The notes below the pieces were generated by a model, which saw only the letters and a program-made list of their open reading frames with translations, had not been told where the DNA came from and did not search any database. A DNA stretch of 64,000 nt, taken from assembly GCA_040437565.1 (NCBI GenBank), contig JBDOQK010000001.1:248001-312000 (forward strand). Direction: 5' to 3'. Source of the stretch: Albugo candida (lineage: Eukaryota). A program made the translations under genes and the position numbers. Below, in pieces: positions 39,570 to 52,699 of this stretch (its first letter is position 1; the number at the start of each line of letters is the position of its first letter).

Positions 39570-39741
39570 CTCAAGCGCAGGTTCCGATACCTTATGGGCA
39601 AATTCTNNNNNNNNNNNNNNNNNNNNNNNNNNNNNNNNNNNNNNNNNNNNNNNNNNNNNNNNNNNNNNNNNNNNNNNNNNNNNNNNNNNNNNNNNNNNNN
39701 NNNNNNTACATTACCTCTCAAATTGGTTACCCTTCGCAGAT

Positions 39742-42223
39742 TTATACTTTTGTATCAGTACTCAATTTCGATTTGATGCTTGGCGACAGTAATGAACACC
39801 AGTAGCTTTCTTTAGATGTTTCTCCGTACGAGTCTGAAAAATCCACAGTTCGAAGGACATACTTTGGTTCATCGCATACTTTCATCACAGCTTGTACGCC
39901 ATAATCCAGCGGGACAGAGTAAATGCCGTCCAAAGTGACTCGCATATCCCAGCCAAGAGATCGCATGGACACACGACGCGCCTTTCCTCTAAAAAACAAT
40001 TTCAGCCGCGATGTAGAACGCACTGCACGATCAATACCAACCTTCGAAAGCGGATATCCCCGAACGTCTCATTGATGATTGGTTCCCGAACGATGTATCC
40101 CAAATCAACAGAATCTTCGGAATAGACCGATTCTTTGTTGAATAGCTCTGTGAGCTCCGTCACTGTCTCATTCGTATGCGTATGGTGCATAGCTTGAAGC
40201 ACCTTGGCGACTTGCTCACGATACATTTGACACTACGAAATTCACGTCAAGGACACAGGTTTTTGACGGGTCGAGGGTGTACACTTACAGCACTATAGTA
40301 CCAAGCAGAAGATCCCGTCCCGGTACATACGATGATACCACTGCTTCGTTGTGATTCTCTCTGATGCTGGTCGACGCCAATGTTATAATGTGATGGCCGT
40401 GATGCATCACTTTCCGCAATGAAAACTTCATTCAATGCGTAACGAGGCAGTTCATACCAGAAGCCGTCCTGATTGACCATTCCGACACGAATACGCTGCC
40501 GCAGTCGCCAATTGAATTTCCCCTCAAGAAGGCGTTCCAAGACCGTCGAAAAGCGATTACATACTTGATCGACAGCGTAGCAGCACAATTTTCCTTCACT
40601 CCGTACAGGATCCGTATTCAAACCTGCGACCGGAATCGGAGTGTTGACAAAGCTCGCAGCTTTGAGAAAGGTACCGTCACCACCTGCCGAAAAGACCATA
40701 TCTGCACTGTTGACAGCTTCGTGGTTCAAGCGATCTGCAGAAATGACATCAACTTGAATGGAATGCTGCTTCAGTGTCGACGTGATATCTTCCAAAGCTT
40801 CAACATGGTGATCATGACTTGCTTTCAATCGATCATACACAAATCCACGCATCGACATTTGCTTCCGGAGTGCGTCCCTGCATCAAAGAAGAAACGGATG
40901 CATCAATCGCTTGTGAAGTTCCAAGTTAAGAGCCTACTCACCCGCTATTCCCGTGGAGCTCGCATTCATGCTCAAATCGCGTCATTTTGTTCACCACAAG
41001 AACCTTTTTCAAGTCAAGTGCCTTTTTGGCAGAATTGTACATCGGTTTGACGTCAGATGGAGCATTTTGCGAAGTACTTGCCATCAAGGTATTCATCGCT
41101 ATCGAAGAGGTTATACTTTGCTCCGCCCGTGCTGCTTTGGGGATCATGAACGATGATTTTGCTCTCTTGTACGTCTCTTCAATATACTCCTCGGAAACGA
41201 TCATTCGTGGCACACGCTCTGCAATTGCCAGTAGCATTTCGTTATCATACACCGGTCGTTCAATCTTGATCCAGCCTTTTGGACTCAGTTTTTCATTCCA
41301 TGGGCAAACTGATCGCATGTACGAAAAACTGGGAGCTACTTCGCCAGTAAACGGATCGGTTCGCGTATAATGTAAGATATGGCCATTATGGATCTGGTCC
41401 ACCATTCTTCCAGAGTCCTGAAGCTCCCTGAATGTATCTTGTGACATTCTTTCCAGCCTTGTACGCATCGCCCAAATCACTTCGCCATGACAAACAACAA
41501 TCGCTTTCTTGGCATTGCACTCACGATTTAAGGAGCAAAAAAGTCGATCCACACGCTGAGCAACTGCAGCCAGAGATTCACCACCGGGAGGAGCATAGTA
41601 AAATCGGTCGAGATCTCGTCGTTGTAATTCATGTTGCATGGTGGATATGCGTTCTTGCTCCGACATCAGATCCATCTGGCCCCAATCCCGCTCACGAAGA
41701 AGCATCTCCGCGTACCATTTCGCATCTGGCAGTTGCAATCGAGAGGCAGTTTCCATCGCACGTAGATATTCCGACACAAAATATCGATCAAAATGAACCT
41801 ATCCAAAAAAGTTTGATGACGGATGAACCTAATGGCTCGATGAAAACGTACCAAATTATTCTCTCGGAGCCATTCTCCCGCCGCCAGAGCCTGCTGCCTT
41901 CCGCGATCAGTCAAGCGCCAATTGGAGCTATGACGATTTTTGAACTCGCCATAGAACAAACTGTCATCTCCTTGCAGCGACTTTTGTCGTGCAACATTTC
42001 CTTCGCTTTCACCGTGTCGAATTAGTACGAGTTCCTTCAGTCTGGGAACTGGCAATGGTGCGTCATCGTCGCTTCCGAGTGGTCCTGTACTGGCATGGAG
42101 GACGTGATATCGCAAAAGAGATGTCGATCGAGATGATTGCCGCATGCCAGGAATCGCCTTTTGTGAGAGTAAAGCGCTCCAAAACATCACGTTTTTATGC
42201 GTGAGTGCTGAATCCAAATACAT
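39742..42223 (-). CDS. Fusion protein (about 751 aa): putative mitochondrial presequence, histidine phosphatase (PGM-family) domain, NADK2-type NAD kinase
   Basis: Exons 42223-41852, 41798-40942, 40877-40289, 40232-40042 and 39988-39742 total 2256 nt in one frame. Phosphatase motifs: LIRHGESEGN, LTDRGRQQA, SEYLRAMETA, LRERDWG, PPGGES, VVCHGEVI. Kinase motifs: VLVVNKMTRFE, SAGGDGTFL, ALNEVFI, SSGIIVCTGTGSSAW. Confidence 0.88.
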
Positions 42224-43156
42224 CAGAAGCGATATGAATATGAAGTGTACAATTATAAGCGCCTTGGGCGTGATTGGCTTGTTATTCCTTCGCTACTTTC
42301 AGCAAAAAAGCAGATGTAAATGTGTTTGCATATGCTTCGAACGGAACGTGATTGGGGCATGAACCCGCTCGTGGAGGGCGCTTATTATGAATGGTACGGT
42401 AAAAGCGGATTAGGTGAATGTGGGTGATGACGATAGCGGCGTCATCGATAGTGTGTGACAAGGATGTCTGAGTCAAAGGTAAGAATCAGACGACCACTGA
42501 AAACTTCAATAGCGAGACGATCTGCCTTTTCAATGCAGTTTTTGCAGTCTCTGCGCGTTATTGCTTTCATCTTTCAAAATGATGCTTTCCATGCGGGTTA
42601 GAGATCGTGCGTTGGATCAAAATGAGCATCAATGCATTCAAGTTTCAGTTGAAGCATATCGTCGCTGAATTACATCTCGAAGTAGGCCATGACCTACCAA
42701 ATTGAACGATAATTTGCAAGATCCGTGTGCCAAATCTTCTCCTCCTAGGTGGCTCAACGAATTCTGATGTCAATTGATCGACTGCACAAAGACTTGACTG
42801 AAGCTGCATTTCATACCGTGTTACCAATGTCCAGATGGATCAATTGTTAAAGCGTTCATCGAATAAGGTCAATTTTTTCAAAGTTAATTCGGCGCCGACG
42901 TCGGACTGATGCAGTGAATTGATCACCGCGCAAGACAACCAATATGTAAGAGTGGCCATTCTATTCAATCGGTAATGTATTGATCTGCACGAAGAAAACG
43001 CACTAGTCGATGAAGAATAATGCGAGTTTTTAACGCCACTAAGAATTTCCCAGAAATTCCTATACTATGCGATAATTATAAGCACGCACCATACTATACT
43101 ATAGCAATATATTATAAATCGGCGTTGATGCCGCGCTTTTTTGCTCCTAATTTTCA

Positions 43157-45834
43157 ATGCGTAATCGTTCTCTAACCGAAGCACAAGCAATCAAATTACT
43201 CGCTGCTGCTGCCACTCGTTGGCTTACCAAAGACGAAATTCTTTTTCTGCTTCTCCACGCAAAGTTTTTAGAGTGTATCTCAATCATTTCCGACAGCGTA
43301 AAACAGCGTCCACAGAGTACGTGCAGCATCTCAACGCGCTATTTCTGCTATTCCAGCAGCATATGATCTTCTATTATCGTCAAAGGCGGCCAAATCCTCT
43401 TCTACGACGCCTCCGAGAGATCTGATTATAAGAAAGACGGCTGGACTTGGCAAACGCGCAAAGATCAAAGCGGTCGCGTACGTGAAGACCGCGCAAAGCT
43501 CGTTGTCAATCGCCACACTGTCATTTTGGGAAGCTACGTTCACTCTCCGAAGAACTCAGTACGTCAACGCCCTCACATTCTCCTTAAGACTCATTTCTCG
43601 CTGTCAGACGTTCCATCGGCGGTGCTATTGCATCCGCGATCACCAGCAGATCGTCCTGGTGCATTATTTGGACCTGACCCATAAAGAGCGTCTTCGGAAC
43701 GAGAAATGCATACTGGAACGAAATGAACAGCCAAATGGGAGATACAGCGCTCTTCAAGCCACAGAAGCCGGCATACCGGGTACGCTTCTATTTTGTATAC
43801 ATTTCCATGCTGATGTTTCCATACAGACTTGACTAGCATCTTCACGGACGAGCATGAAGAACAACAAGTGAAGAATGAGTGCAGAGGCTCCAGGGGACTC
43901 GAAATAAGTGATTTTTCTCCGGAATGGGATTTCGTCAGTGGAGGTGCCAAAGTTTTGATTTGTATGGCACACCAAGTACCAATTCTCGCGGAAATTGCCT
44001 CCATTTTCGTGCAATTTGGACCGTACGGAAGCGTCCCAGCACAGATTCTCACGCCGACAGTACTTCGGTGCACTGGTACGCATCCAATTAAAAGGAGGTG
44101 TCAACCTCATAATCTTTGACAGCTCCTCAGGCAACAGCGGCCGGCACAGTCGACTTGTTTATCTATTGCGCGAATAACGCAATTGTCTCTGAGAAGCGCG
44201 CATTTGAATACAAGTTGGCCAACACTTTAGAGCCGATCGAGTACATCGGAGAGAAGCGTGGACGAAGTTTAGAATCGAAGCCGAAGACGAATCTCGAGAC
44301 GCTGTTGGCAGATACAGAGCCTTGGATGCTCGCATCTTTTGCCGAAAACGCATGTACCCATGTCGTCTCCGCTTTGAATTCAACAACTCATTTGTCTGTA
44401 TAGTCGATGAGCGCCAGTGTAAAATCCGCGTTGTCGAACGTCTTTCCGAATTCCGACAAGCAATTCATAACAACAGTGTGAATAAAGCTGACACAGCTGC
44501 AGAGAACGTAATGGACGATTTTGTGGACGTTTGCAATGAAGACCTCACATTTGACGATCGTGCGGTCGATGGGATGACCGACAAGGAGATTGAGGTATAC
44601 TCGGAAATGCTTCTGGAACGCGTATTGGAACAGCTCGTGAGAATAGCACATACGGACGAGGAGTTGATGGAAGAGCTCAATTGCGTGGATGAAACGGGCT
44701 TGAGTCTGCTGCATTACGTTTGCTTTTACAAGTATGCTCGATTCGTTCCATTCTTGGTAGCTCATGGAGCACAGGTCAATCAGCAGAGCACACAAGGCCA
44801 GACAGCATTGCATATTGCAGCAGGATGTGGTCATCAAGATGTTGTTCAAGTCTTGCTCGAGTATCAAGCCGATCTGTTCGTGTACGATCATTTAGGACTT
44901 ACTGCAGCTGATCGAGCCGAGTCTGCCGGTCATTTTGATGTTGCCCTTCAGCTTCGACAGCTCATGACCATCAGCCCAGGCGATGGAATCCAGGAGTGCC
45001 AAGACAATGGTTTTGCAGAATCCAATGCGCTAGTAAGAAGATACTATATCCACCCTTGGATATCAAGTAACGTGCGTCATGTAGGTCGGCGAGAGAGATC
45101 GCGACAACCGCAAATTTCTGTTGGGAGCCTTCTCGATCATGAGCTTGCACGATAAATGCGCTTTATCACTTGGCATGATGCGCGATCCTGACGTTCTGTG
45201 CAATTCTGATAGCTCCAAGAACCCGACAAAGGAATGGATGACATCCGACGCGTATTCTGATGTCGAGTCATGCACCAAATCCTCTTCTACGTGGCTTCCA
45301 ACAAGGTCACGACCGGAATTTTGCGATGTGAAAAGTGTGATAGCCGATGACGAAGGAAAGCACAAACTTGTGGCAGCCATGGAGCTCATGGACCCAGAGG
45401 AGCTTCAGTGCCTGGAAGAAGAAGCGAGGGTCATTCAGCATAACGTCCGCGCGTGGCTGCTCAAACGCAACTATCATCGTATGCGAGACACCACTCAAAA
45501 ACTCGATGAAGTCGCCCAATCTATAGAAAAAGAACGTCGAGGCCAAACACCACGATGCAATATCGTCTCTGATGCTCGCTATCCATTGTCCAATTCTAGC
45601 GATACTGAGGTGTTCGAGCGAGCTGCTGTCACTGTTCAGGCTGCAACACGCACAATGATTGCCCGTAAAAACTTTCTCCAAGCCAAGAATGTGACCATCA
45701 AAGTCCAGGCGGCGACACGAGGAGCACTCTGCCGAAAAAAATTTGCGAGGATGAAAAGGCAAGCGCTTGCTTCTCTAGTGATCCAGCGTAATGTTCGTGA
45801 GTGGTGGAATAAGCAGCCGGTACCTTCACATTGA
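43157..45834 (+). CDS. CAMTA: Calmodulin-binding transcription activator (CG-1, TIG/IPT, ankyrin, IQ motifs)
   Basis: TRWLTKDEI...YKKDGWTWQTRKD...VREDRAKL...TFHRRCY...IVLVHYL (CG-1); ISDFSPEWDFVSGGAKVLIC (TIG); GQTALHIAAGCGH (ankyrin); IQHNVRAW, VQAATR and IQRNVREW (IQ). Multi-exon. Confidence 0.93.
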
Positions 45835-48309
45835 CAGCTTGTTGCAACGATACTCTTTCAGATTGATACAATACTACTTGTACTCTACTTAGTCATTGTA
45901 CTCCTCCCGAAGCTCGATCGCTTGATCTTTCAGCCGGAATCCTTTGATCGGCGGCGTCCACGAGGGAATGTAGGAGCCTGGAGGAATGGGGTCATAATCT
46001 TCTTCAAGCGCTTCTTCTTGCAGTTCTTTCGGCAATGCATTGATCGCTTTCCATTTCAGATCGATTTTTGTCTGTAAATCTCTTTGCCAATGATTGTGTT
46101 TGATAGAAGTCATGCGATTGTATCGATGTCCAATGATGCGATGTTGTTCCTTTTCCTCTTCAGTGAACGGTTTTCTACGAAGATTGATAGAGAGTTAGTG
46201 TAAAGAATCAACTGAGAGCTTTTCGTACGCATTTTCAGGCGGGACGCCGCGTAAAGCGCGTAGCGTGAGCTCAAAGTCCGCGTCGTCGCTCTTGTTTTTG
46301 TGACTGGACGCAAATCGACAAAATAATGAGTTCACGCTTCGTCTGTTGAGAACGACGCTGCTGTGACGCACTGTTGTGGCACTGCAAGTACGAGAAAAAG
46401 GAAATGTTGCGCGCCAGCAACTCATTTCAATGAAAGAGTCCAAGATATCCGTTATACAGTTTGTATCAGTCATGTTATAACGTCTCTAGTTATGGGTACG
46501 TTGCAGGGGCTGACACGCATTCTGACTCTTACTTGATTGTTCAAGATGTAGCAAATCTTCTTTGTATGTAAACTATTCAGATGGTCCATACGTGGCGATG
46601 AGTCGTAACTGAGTGAAGGATGACCTAGCAGCCCCACACCATGCATCATTGTCTTTGTTGNNNNNNNNNNNNNNNNNNNNNNNNNNNNNNNNNNNNNNNN
46701 NNNNNNNNNNNNNNNNNNNNNNNNNNNNNNNNNNNNNNNNNNNNNNNNNNNNNNNNNNNNAAATTTCTGTTGGGAGCCTTCTCGATCATGAGCTTGCACG
46801 ATAAATGCGCTTTATCACTTGGCATGATGCGCGATCCTGACGTTCTGTGCAATTCTGATAGCTCCAAGAACCCGACAAAGGAATGGATGACATCCGACGC
46901 GTATTCTGATGTCGAGTCATGCACCAAATCCTCTTCTACGTGGCTTCCAACAAGGTCACGACCGGAATTTTGCGATGTGAAAAGTGTGATAGCCGATGAC
47001 GAAGGAAAGCACAAACTTGTGGCAGCCATGGAGCTCATGGACCCAGAGGAGCTTCAGTGCCTGGAAGAAGAAGCGAGGGTCATTCAGCATAACGTCCGCG
47101 CGTGGCTGCTCAAACGCAACTATCATCGTATGCGAGACACCACTCAAAAACTCGATGAAGTCGCCCAATCTATAGAAAAAGAACGTCGAGGCCAAACACC
47201 ACGATGCAATATCGTCTCTGATGCTCGCTATCCATTGTCCAATTCTAGCGATACTGAGGTGTTCGAGCGAGCTGCTGTCACTGTTCAGGCTGCAACACGC
47301 ACAATGATTGCCCGTAAAAACTTTCTCCAAGCCAAGAATGTGACCATCAAAGTCCAGGCGGCGACACGAGGAGCACTCTGCCGAAAAAAATTTGCGAGGA
47401 TGAAAAGGCAAGCGCTTGCTTCTCTAGTGATCCAGCGTAATGTTCGTGAGTGGTGGAATAAGCAGCCGGTACCTTCACATTGACAGCTTGTTGCAACGAT
47501 ACTCTTTCAGATTGATACAATACTACTTGTACTCTACTTAGTCATTGTACTCCTCCCGAAGCTCGATCGCTTGATCTTTCAGCCGGAATCCTTTGATCGG
47601 CGGCGTCCACGAGGGAATGTAGGAGCCTGGAGGAATGGGGTCATAATCTTCTTCAAGCGCTTCTTCTTGCAGTTCTTTCGGCAATGCATTGATCGCTTTC
47701 CATTTCAGATCGATTTTTGTCTGTAAATCTCTTTGCCAATGATTGTGTTTGATAGAAGTCATGCGATTGTATCGATGTCCAATGATGCGATGTTGTTCCT
47801 TTTCCTCTTCAGTGAACGGTTTTCTACGAAGATTGATAGAGAGTTAGTGTAAAGAATCAACTGAGAGCTTTTCGTACGCATTTTCAGGCGGGACGCCGCG
47901 TAAAGCGCGTAGCGTGAGCTCAAAGTCCGCGTCGTCGCTCTTGTTTTTGTGACTGGACGCAAATCGACAAAATAATGAGTTCACGCTTCGTCTGTTGAGA
48001 ACGACGCTGCTGTGACGCACTGTTGTGGCACTGCAAGTACGAGAAAAAGGAAATGTTGCGCGCCAGCAACTCATTTCAATGAAAGAGTCCAAGATATCCG
48101 TTATACAGTTTGTATCAGTCATGTTATAACGTCTCTAGTTATGGGTACGTTGCAGGGGCTGACACGCATTCTGACTCTTACTTGATTGTTCAAGATGTAG
48201 CAAATCTTCTTTGTATGTAAACTATTCAGATGGTCCATACGTGGCGATGAGTCGTAACTGAGTGAAGGATGACCTAGCAGCCCCACACCATGCATCATTG
48301 TCTTTGTTG
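45112..48309. repeat. Identical duplication across gap (45112-46660 = 46761-48309); false second CAMTA tail and mL40 copy (47538-48074)
   Basis: Offset 1649; gap 46661-46760. Confidence 0.9.
45889..46425 (-). CDS. MRPL40: Mitochondrial ribosomal protein mL40-like
   Basis: R/S-rich presequence (MSCWRATFPFSR...CRFASS), one intron, and C-terminal KAINALPKELQEEALEEDYDPIP...SWTPPIKGF typical of mL40. Confidence 0.72.
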
Positions 48310-48464
48310 TGAGAATTCAACTGACAAGAGACAAATGCTTTTTTGATCTCAAGTGTTAATTTCATCATTGCAGCTGTCTCGATTGGCTTAAAATAGAATA
48401 GCCGCGCGAACAGAAGTGTTTGAGAACAGAATCAGAAACCAAAAGGCAACTACGAATTAGCAGA

Positions 48465-50379
48465 ATGATTGCGAGTAATGAAAGCTTTATAATTATGGAA
48501 GATGAAGACTTGTATGGTATGTCGAGCTTCCGAATCAACAAATTTGCACCTATTACACCCATTGTGAACCCAACAAGAGAAGAAGTGCTCTATGAAGAAA
48601 ACGATGCCAAAGCTGAAGCTATACAAGCGCTTATTGCGCGCACGGATAGCGCGCTGAGTCGGATTGTCACTATCCGAAAATCAATGGAGTCTTCGGTTGA
48701 TTTTAAGCAATTCCAAAGCCACCGAAAAATGGAAATAACAAGCCAATCGAAACAAACACTATTTCGACAAAATAGTAACAGCAGCCAGGCATCGACAATT
48801 GGTTCATGTGATACACACGATACAGTCATGCTGTCTTCTGGCGATTCTTTGCTTTTGGGTGATTCAAAAAGTCAAATGGACGATTTACAATTGTCGGCTC
48901 AGCGTTTTCTTGACAAGAAGGAATCTTCGTACTCTAGCATATCGATATTCAAATCAAAAGAATCGACGCATTCGCTAGTCCCATCGAGCTGCGCGAGTAC
49001 GGAATTTACCGAGTCAGGGTCGATTGATACGATAGGACGAGAATTATCGGCATCTGATGACTCTATGTATGCTTCTATCCACACATCANNNNNNNNNNNN
49101 NNNNNNNNNNNNNNNNNNNNNNNNNNNNNNNNNNNNNNNNNNNNNNNNNNNNNNNNNNNNNNNNNNNNNNNNNNNNNNNNNNNNNNNNTCGACAATTGGT
49201 TCATGTGATACACACGATACAGTCATGCTGTCTTCTGGCGATTCTTTGCTTTTGGGTGATTCAAAAAGTCAAATGGACGATTTACAATTGTCGGCTCAGC
49301 GTTTTCTTGACAAGAAGGAATCTTCGTACTCTAGCATATCGATATTCAAATCAAAAGAATCGACGCATTCGCTAGTCCCATCGAGCTGCGCGAGTACGGA
49401 ATTTACCGAGTCAGGGTCGATTGATACGATAGGACGAGAATTATCGGCATCTGATGACTCTATGTATGCTTCTATCCACACATCAACTGGAGATGATGAA
49501 CTTTTGGGCTCATACACGGGTGAAGCTCAAATGATCGGTAGGAATGAGGCGATGGACAGCATGCATTATGACGAAGATCGATTCAGCTGTTTTTCATCAC
49601 TTTCGCTATGCGACGAAGAAGCAAACATGTCGCTGCACAAACAAAGACGACTGGAGAGACTACGAAATATTGAAATTATGTATATCGAAGGTTACCCAAA
49701 GGATTTTTACGCCACAATGGCTCGATTTTTGCATGCCACTATCGAGACGAAACGGCGTTATGTTCGTCTCAGCTTTATCAAGGATACGTTCACTGGCTAT
49801 GACTGTATAGTACGAATATTTGGAGATGGATTTGCAGACAATCAAGTGATTGCTTTGCAGTTTGGACAGACTTTAATGCGTCAAGGCTATATCGAACATG
49901 TCGATCACAAGATTAAGGAACTTCGAAATTCGCATGAAGATTTTTATCGGTTCTCGAGACGATATCAGCGGCGTGTTTCAGAAAGCAAGCAAAGTCGTGA
50001 GACAATCAATGCTGCACATTATCGAGAATGCGTTATTGCTCAGGAGCTGATGGTTTGTGATGATTACGACTTTGATCAAGCTTCCGATCATGTTCACACT
50101 CTCGTTACAGATGAATGTCTGAGAATTCTGGCTCGTTTATTACGTCGTCTTTTCAAGCAGAGAAACAAGCTTCTGCTGTACAAAGGTCTCAACTATTGCT
50201 TTTTGGGTGCAGAAGCTGTCAATGTGTTGCGACATACAGAGATTGCTACTTCTACTTTGGATGCGATTCTCATCGGCCAGGCGCTGTTCGACGAAGGAAT
50301 CATTGAATCAGTAGCGAAACACGTCACTACATTTCAGGACAAGTATATTTTTTATCGATTTACAACCGATGCGACATAG
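48465..50379 (+). CDS. Protein with Ser-rich N-terminus and two C-terminal DEP domains (true CDS omits duplicated 49089-49485)
   Basis: DTFTGYDCI...ALQFGQTLMRQGYIEHV...FYRF and CFLGAEAVNVL...AILIGQALFDEGIIESV...FQDKYIFYRF match the DEP consensus. 48792-49088 is repeated at 49189-49485 across the gap. Confidence 0.85.
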
Positions 50380-51209
50380 AAATCGTCGCGACATAAGCCT
50401 TGAAGACCGCTCGAATCGATGTGATGTACAATTGTGTTTGGAATCATACTGCCATAGCAAAGAACCCGACTTGTATGACGAAACGCACAACTTCATCATT
50501 GGCGTTCATACTTGTGTTCAGTTTTGTCGAGTTTTTGTATGATCGATGGGTTCGGAAATATCAATTGGTGGTCTTTTGATAGCATATAACGAAATCTATG
50601 GAATGAAAGTTTTAATTGAATGAGTTTCACCGTCTAGCTCATCGTACTGGAGACAGCACGACCGCATGCAGATAAATCTTTTTGGTTCTTTACAAGATAC
50701 GACGTCAACTCACCAGTTTTCGTGTACTTGATCGCTCTACATATCAACCAATTTTTTTCAAGTTTTCGGCGGAAGCGACGCAAAGCCGTGGGAAAGATGA
50801 GTCGCTCAAGTTTTGTACCGACACAGCTGGACTTGACTATATCTATGAAACAAGCAGACATTCGCTTTTTTCTGGTATCATATTGACACCGAGCCGCTTT
50901 GGCGAGTACGGCTCTAAAACCCACCGAGACTCCGGCATTGCCTTCTTGTTTTCGATCGCATTGCTTCGTAAGTCGTTAGCTGACTGAGATGCTTTTTTGT
51001 TAATTATACGTTCCAAGTGGCAGTAATTATGCGCTGATTTACCATAAGAGATTATGATATGATAAGCGAAATGAATTTGTACACCAATTGTATCAGCACA
51101 TATTTGTCAAAGTCTCGTCGCTAGTTCCACACTCAAAGCTACAGGGCGCAGATTCAGTACGTTGAGTTCCGAACAACTTTAAGCATATCTTGCAGCGCTT
51201 TCGCTTTAT

Positions 51210-52028
51210 CTAAAGATATTGATGTATGAGAATTCCACTCTGGCTAGAATCAATACTTTGGTCGTCCACATCAATATGGACATCAGGCTCATCAGACGCA
51301 GCGCCATGTGGCTCAGAGATACGATCTACAGTAGTATGTGCAATCGCCTTAAGGGTCGGAACGGTAAGGAAGAAACACCGACAGGGGATGTGTTTACGCG
51401 ATCGAGGTTTGAAGCTTGGCTCTGCATTGCTATTATACGATCTACTAGACTCGAAAAGAAGATTGAACCAGATCAGACTTTGGTGTCGAAGGAGTAAATC
51501 ATCAATGTGGATTTATTCGTGCTTTAACAAAATACTCACTGCGAGGTGGGCGCTTCCGTCCGATGTTCAGAGAGCCTGTTCTGAGCACGGACTATGGCGT
51601 CTGTTATCGATTGTGGAAAAATCGTGTACGATCCCAGGTAATCCGCCAGAAGGTTTATGTTCTCTGAGTTGCATCTCCCGGGAGGTTTTCGATTAAATGT
51701 AACACCGCCTCAATAAGTGCCGCTCCAATACCATTTCGGTGAAGCTCTTCGCGAGGATAATTTTGTAGGATATGTATGATGCGATCTAGGGCATCTCGAA
51801 AGGGTACGCCGCGAATTGCATTCAATTGATTTATGTCAGCTTGATGGGAACTTAGTTGACCAACATTCGTTTCATCATTTGGATTGACTCGAAGCCTTCG
51901 AAACAACGTATCTCTTTCCAATACGTGTCTGTCAAATCTTGAGATTGATCTCGTCATAGTCGCAGGTTCAACGAAGGTATAATGTGCCAAGTAGAGAGCG
52001 ATAACGGCTATGGTATGGCATTTTGCAT
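51210..52028 (-). pseudogene. Frameshifted secreted/RxLR-like protein gene (tentative)
   Basis: Hydrophobic IAVIALYLAHYTFVEPA followed by RRLR (51889-51900). ATG 52028 is out of frame by one base in an A4 run; further frameshifts downstream. Confidence 0.35.
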
Positions 52029-52699
52029 ATTCGCTCTTGGTATCAAGTAAATCTATAAATGACAACTGTGAGCAAGGAATTCAATATCAGGAAAGGCTGC
52101 GTGATGCCCTCATGATATGATCAGAGATAACGGGCTGAATATCTCACGGGGATTTTTTCTAAAAGTCGAGCAACACGAAGTTTAATACATATTACTTGGT
52201 ACATCACATTATTATATTGGAAGATTCAAAGGTAGCTTAACAATTTCAAAATGTCAGAAAGGCACAGAACGGCGCAAGAGAACAATTTTTCAGATACCTA
52301 GCTTTATACATGAAAGCGATGATATATCATTTACAAAGGAGATGGTTGCCCACGTAATAGTCATTTTTTCAACCAATCAGGTTTGTTCGGCGCTGGAGTA
52401 TNNNNNNNNNNNNNNNNNNNNNNNNNNNNNNNNNNNNNNNNNNNNNNNNNNNNNNNNNNNNNNNNNNNNNNNNNNNNNNNNNNNNNNNNNNNNNNNNNNN
52501 NCAGGTTTGTTCGGCGCTGGAGTATATGCTTCTATTGACTGTCTGATCTTCGACCTGTACCTATGAAATTGCACTTGAGCAGAATGCATCGACAAGCTTC
52601 GATCTAATGCGTCCGTTGAAAGCACCATAACGAGCAGTGCCGCCTACATCGAAAGACTGTGAGCGTAGTTGTATGACATAGTGTCTTTAGAGGGAAGCA

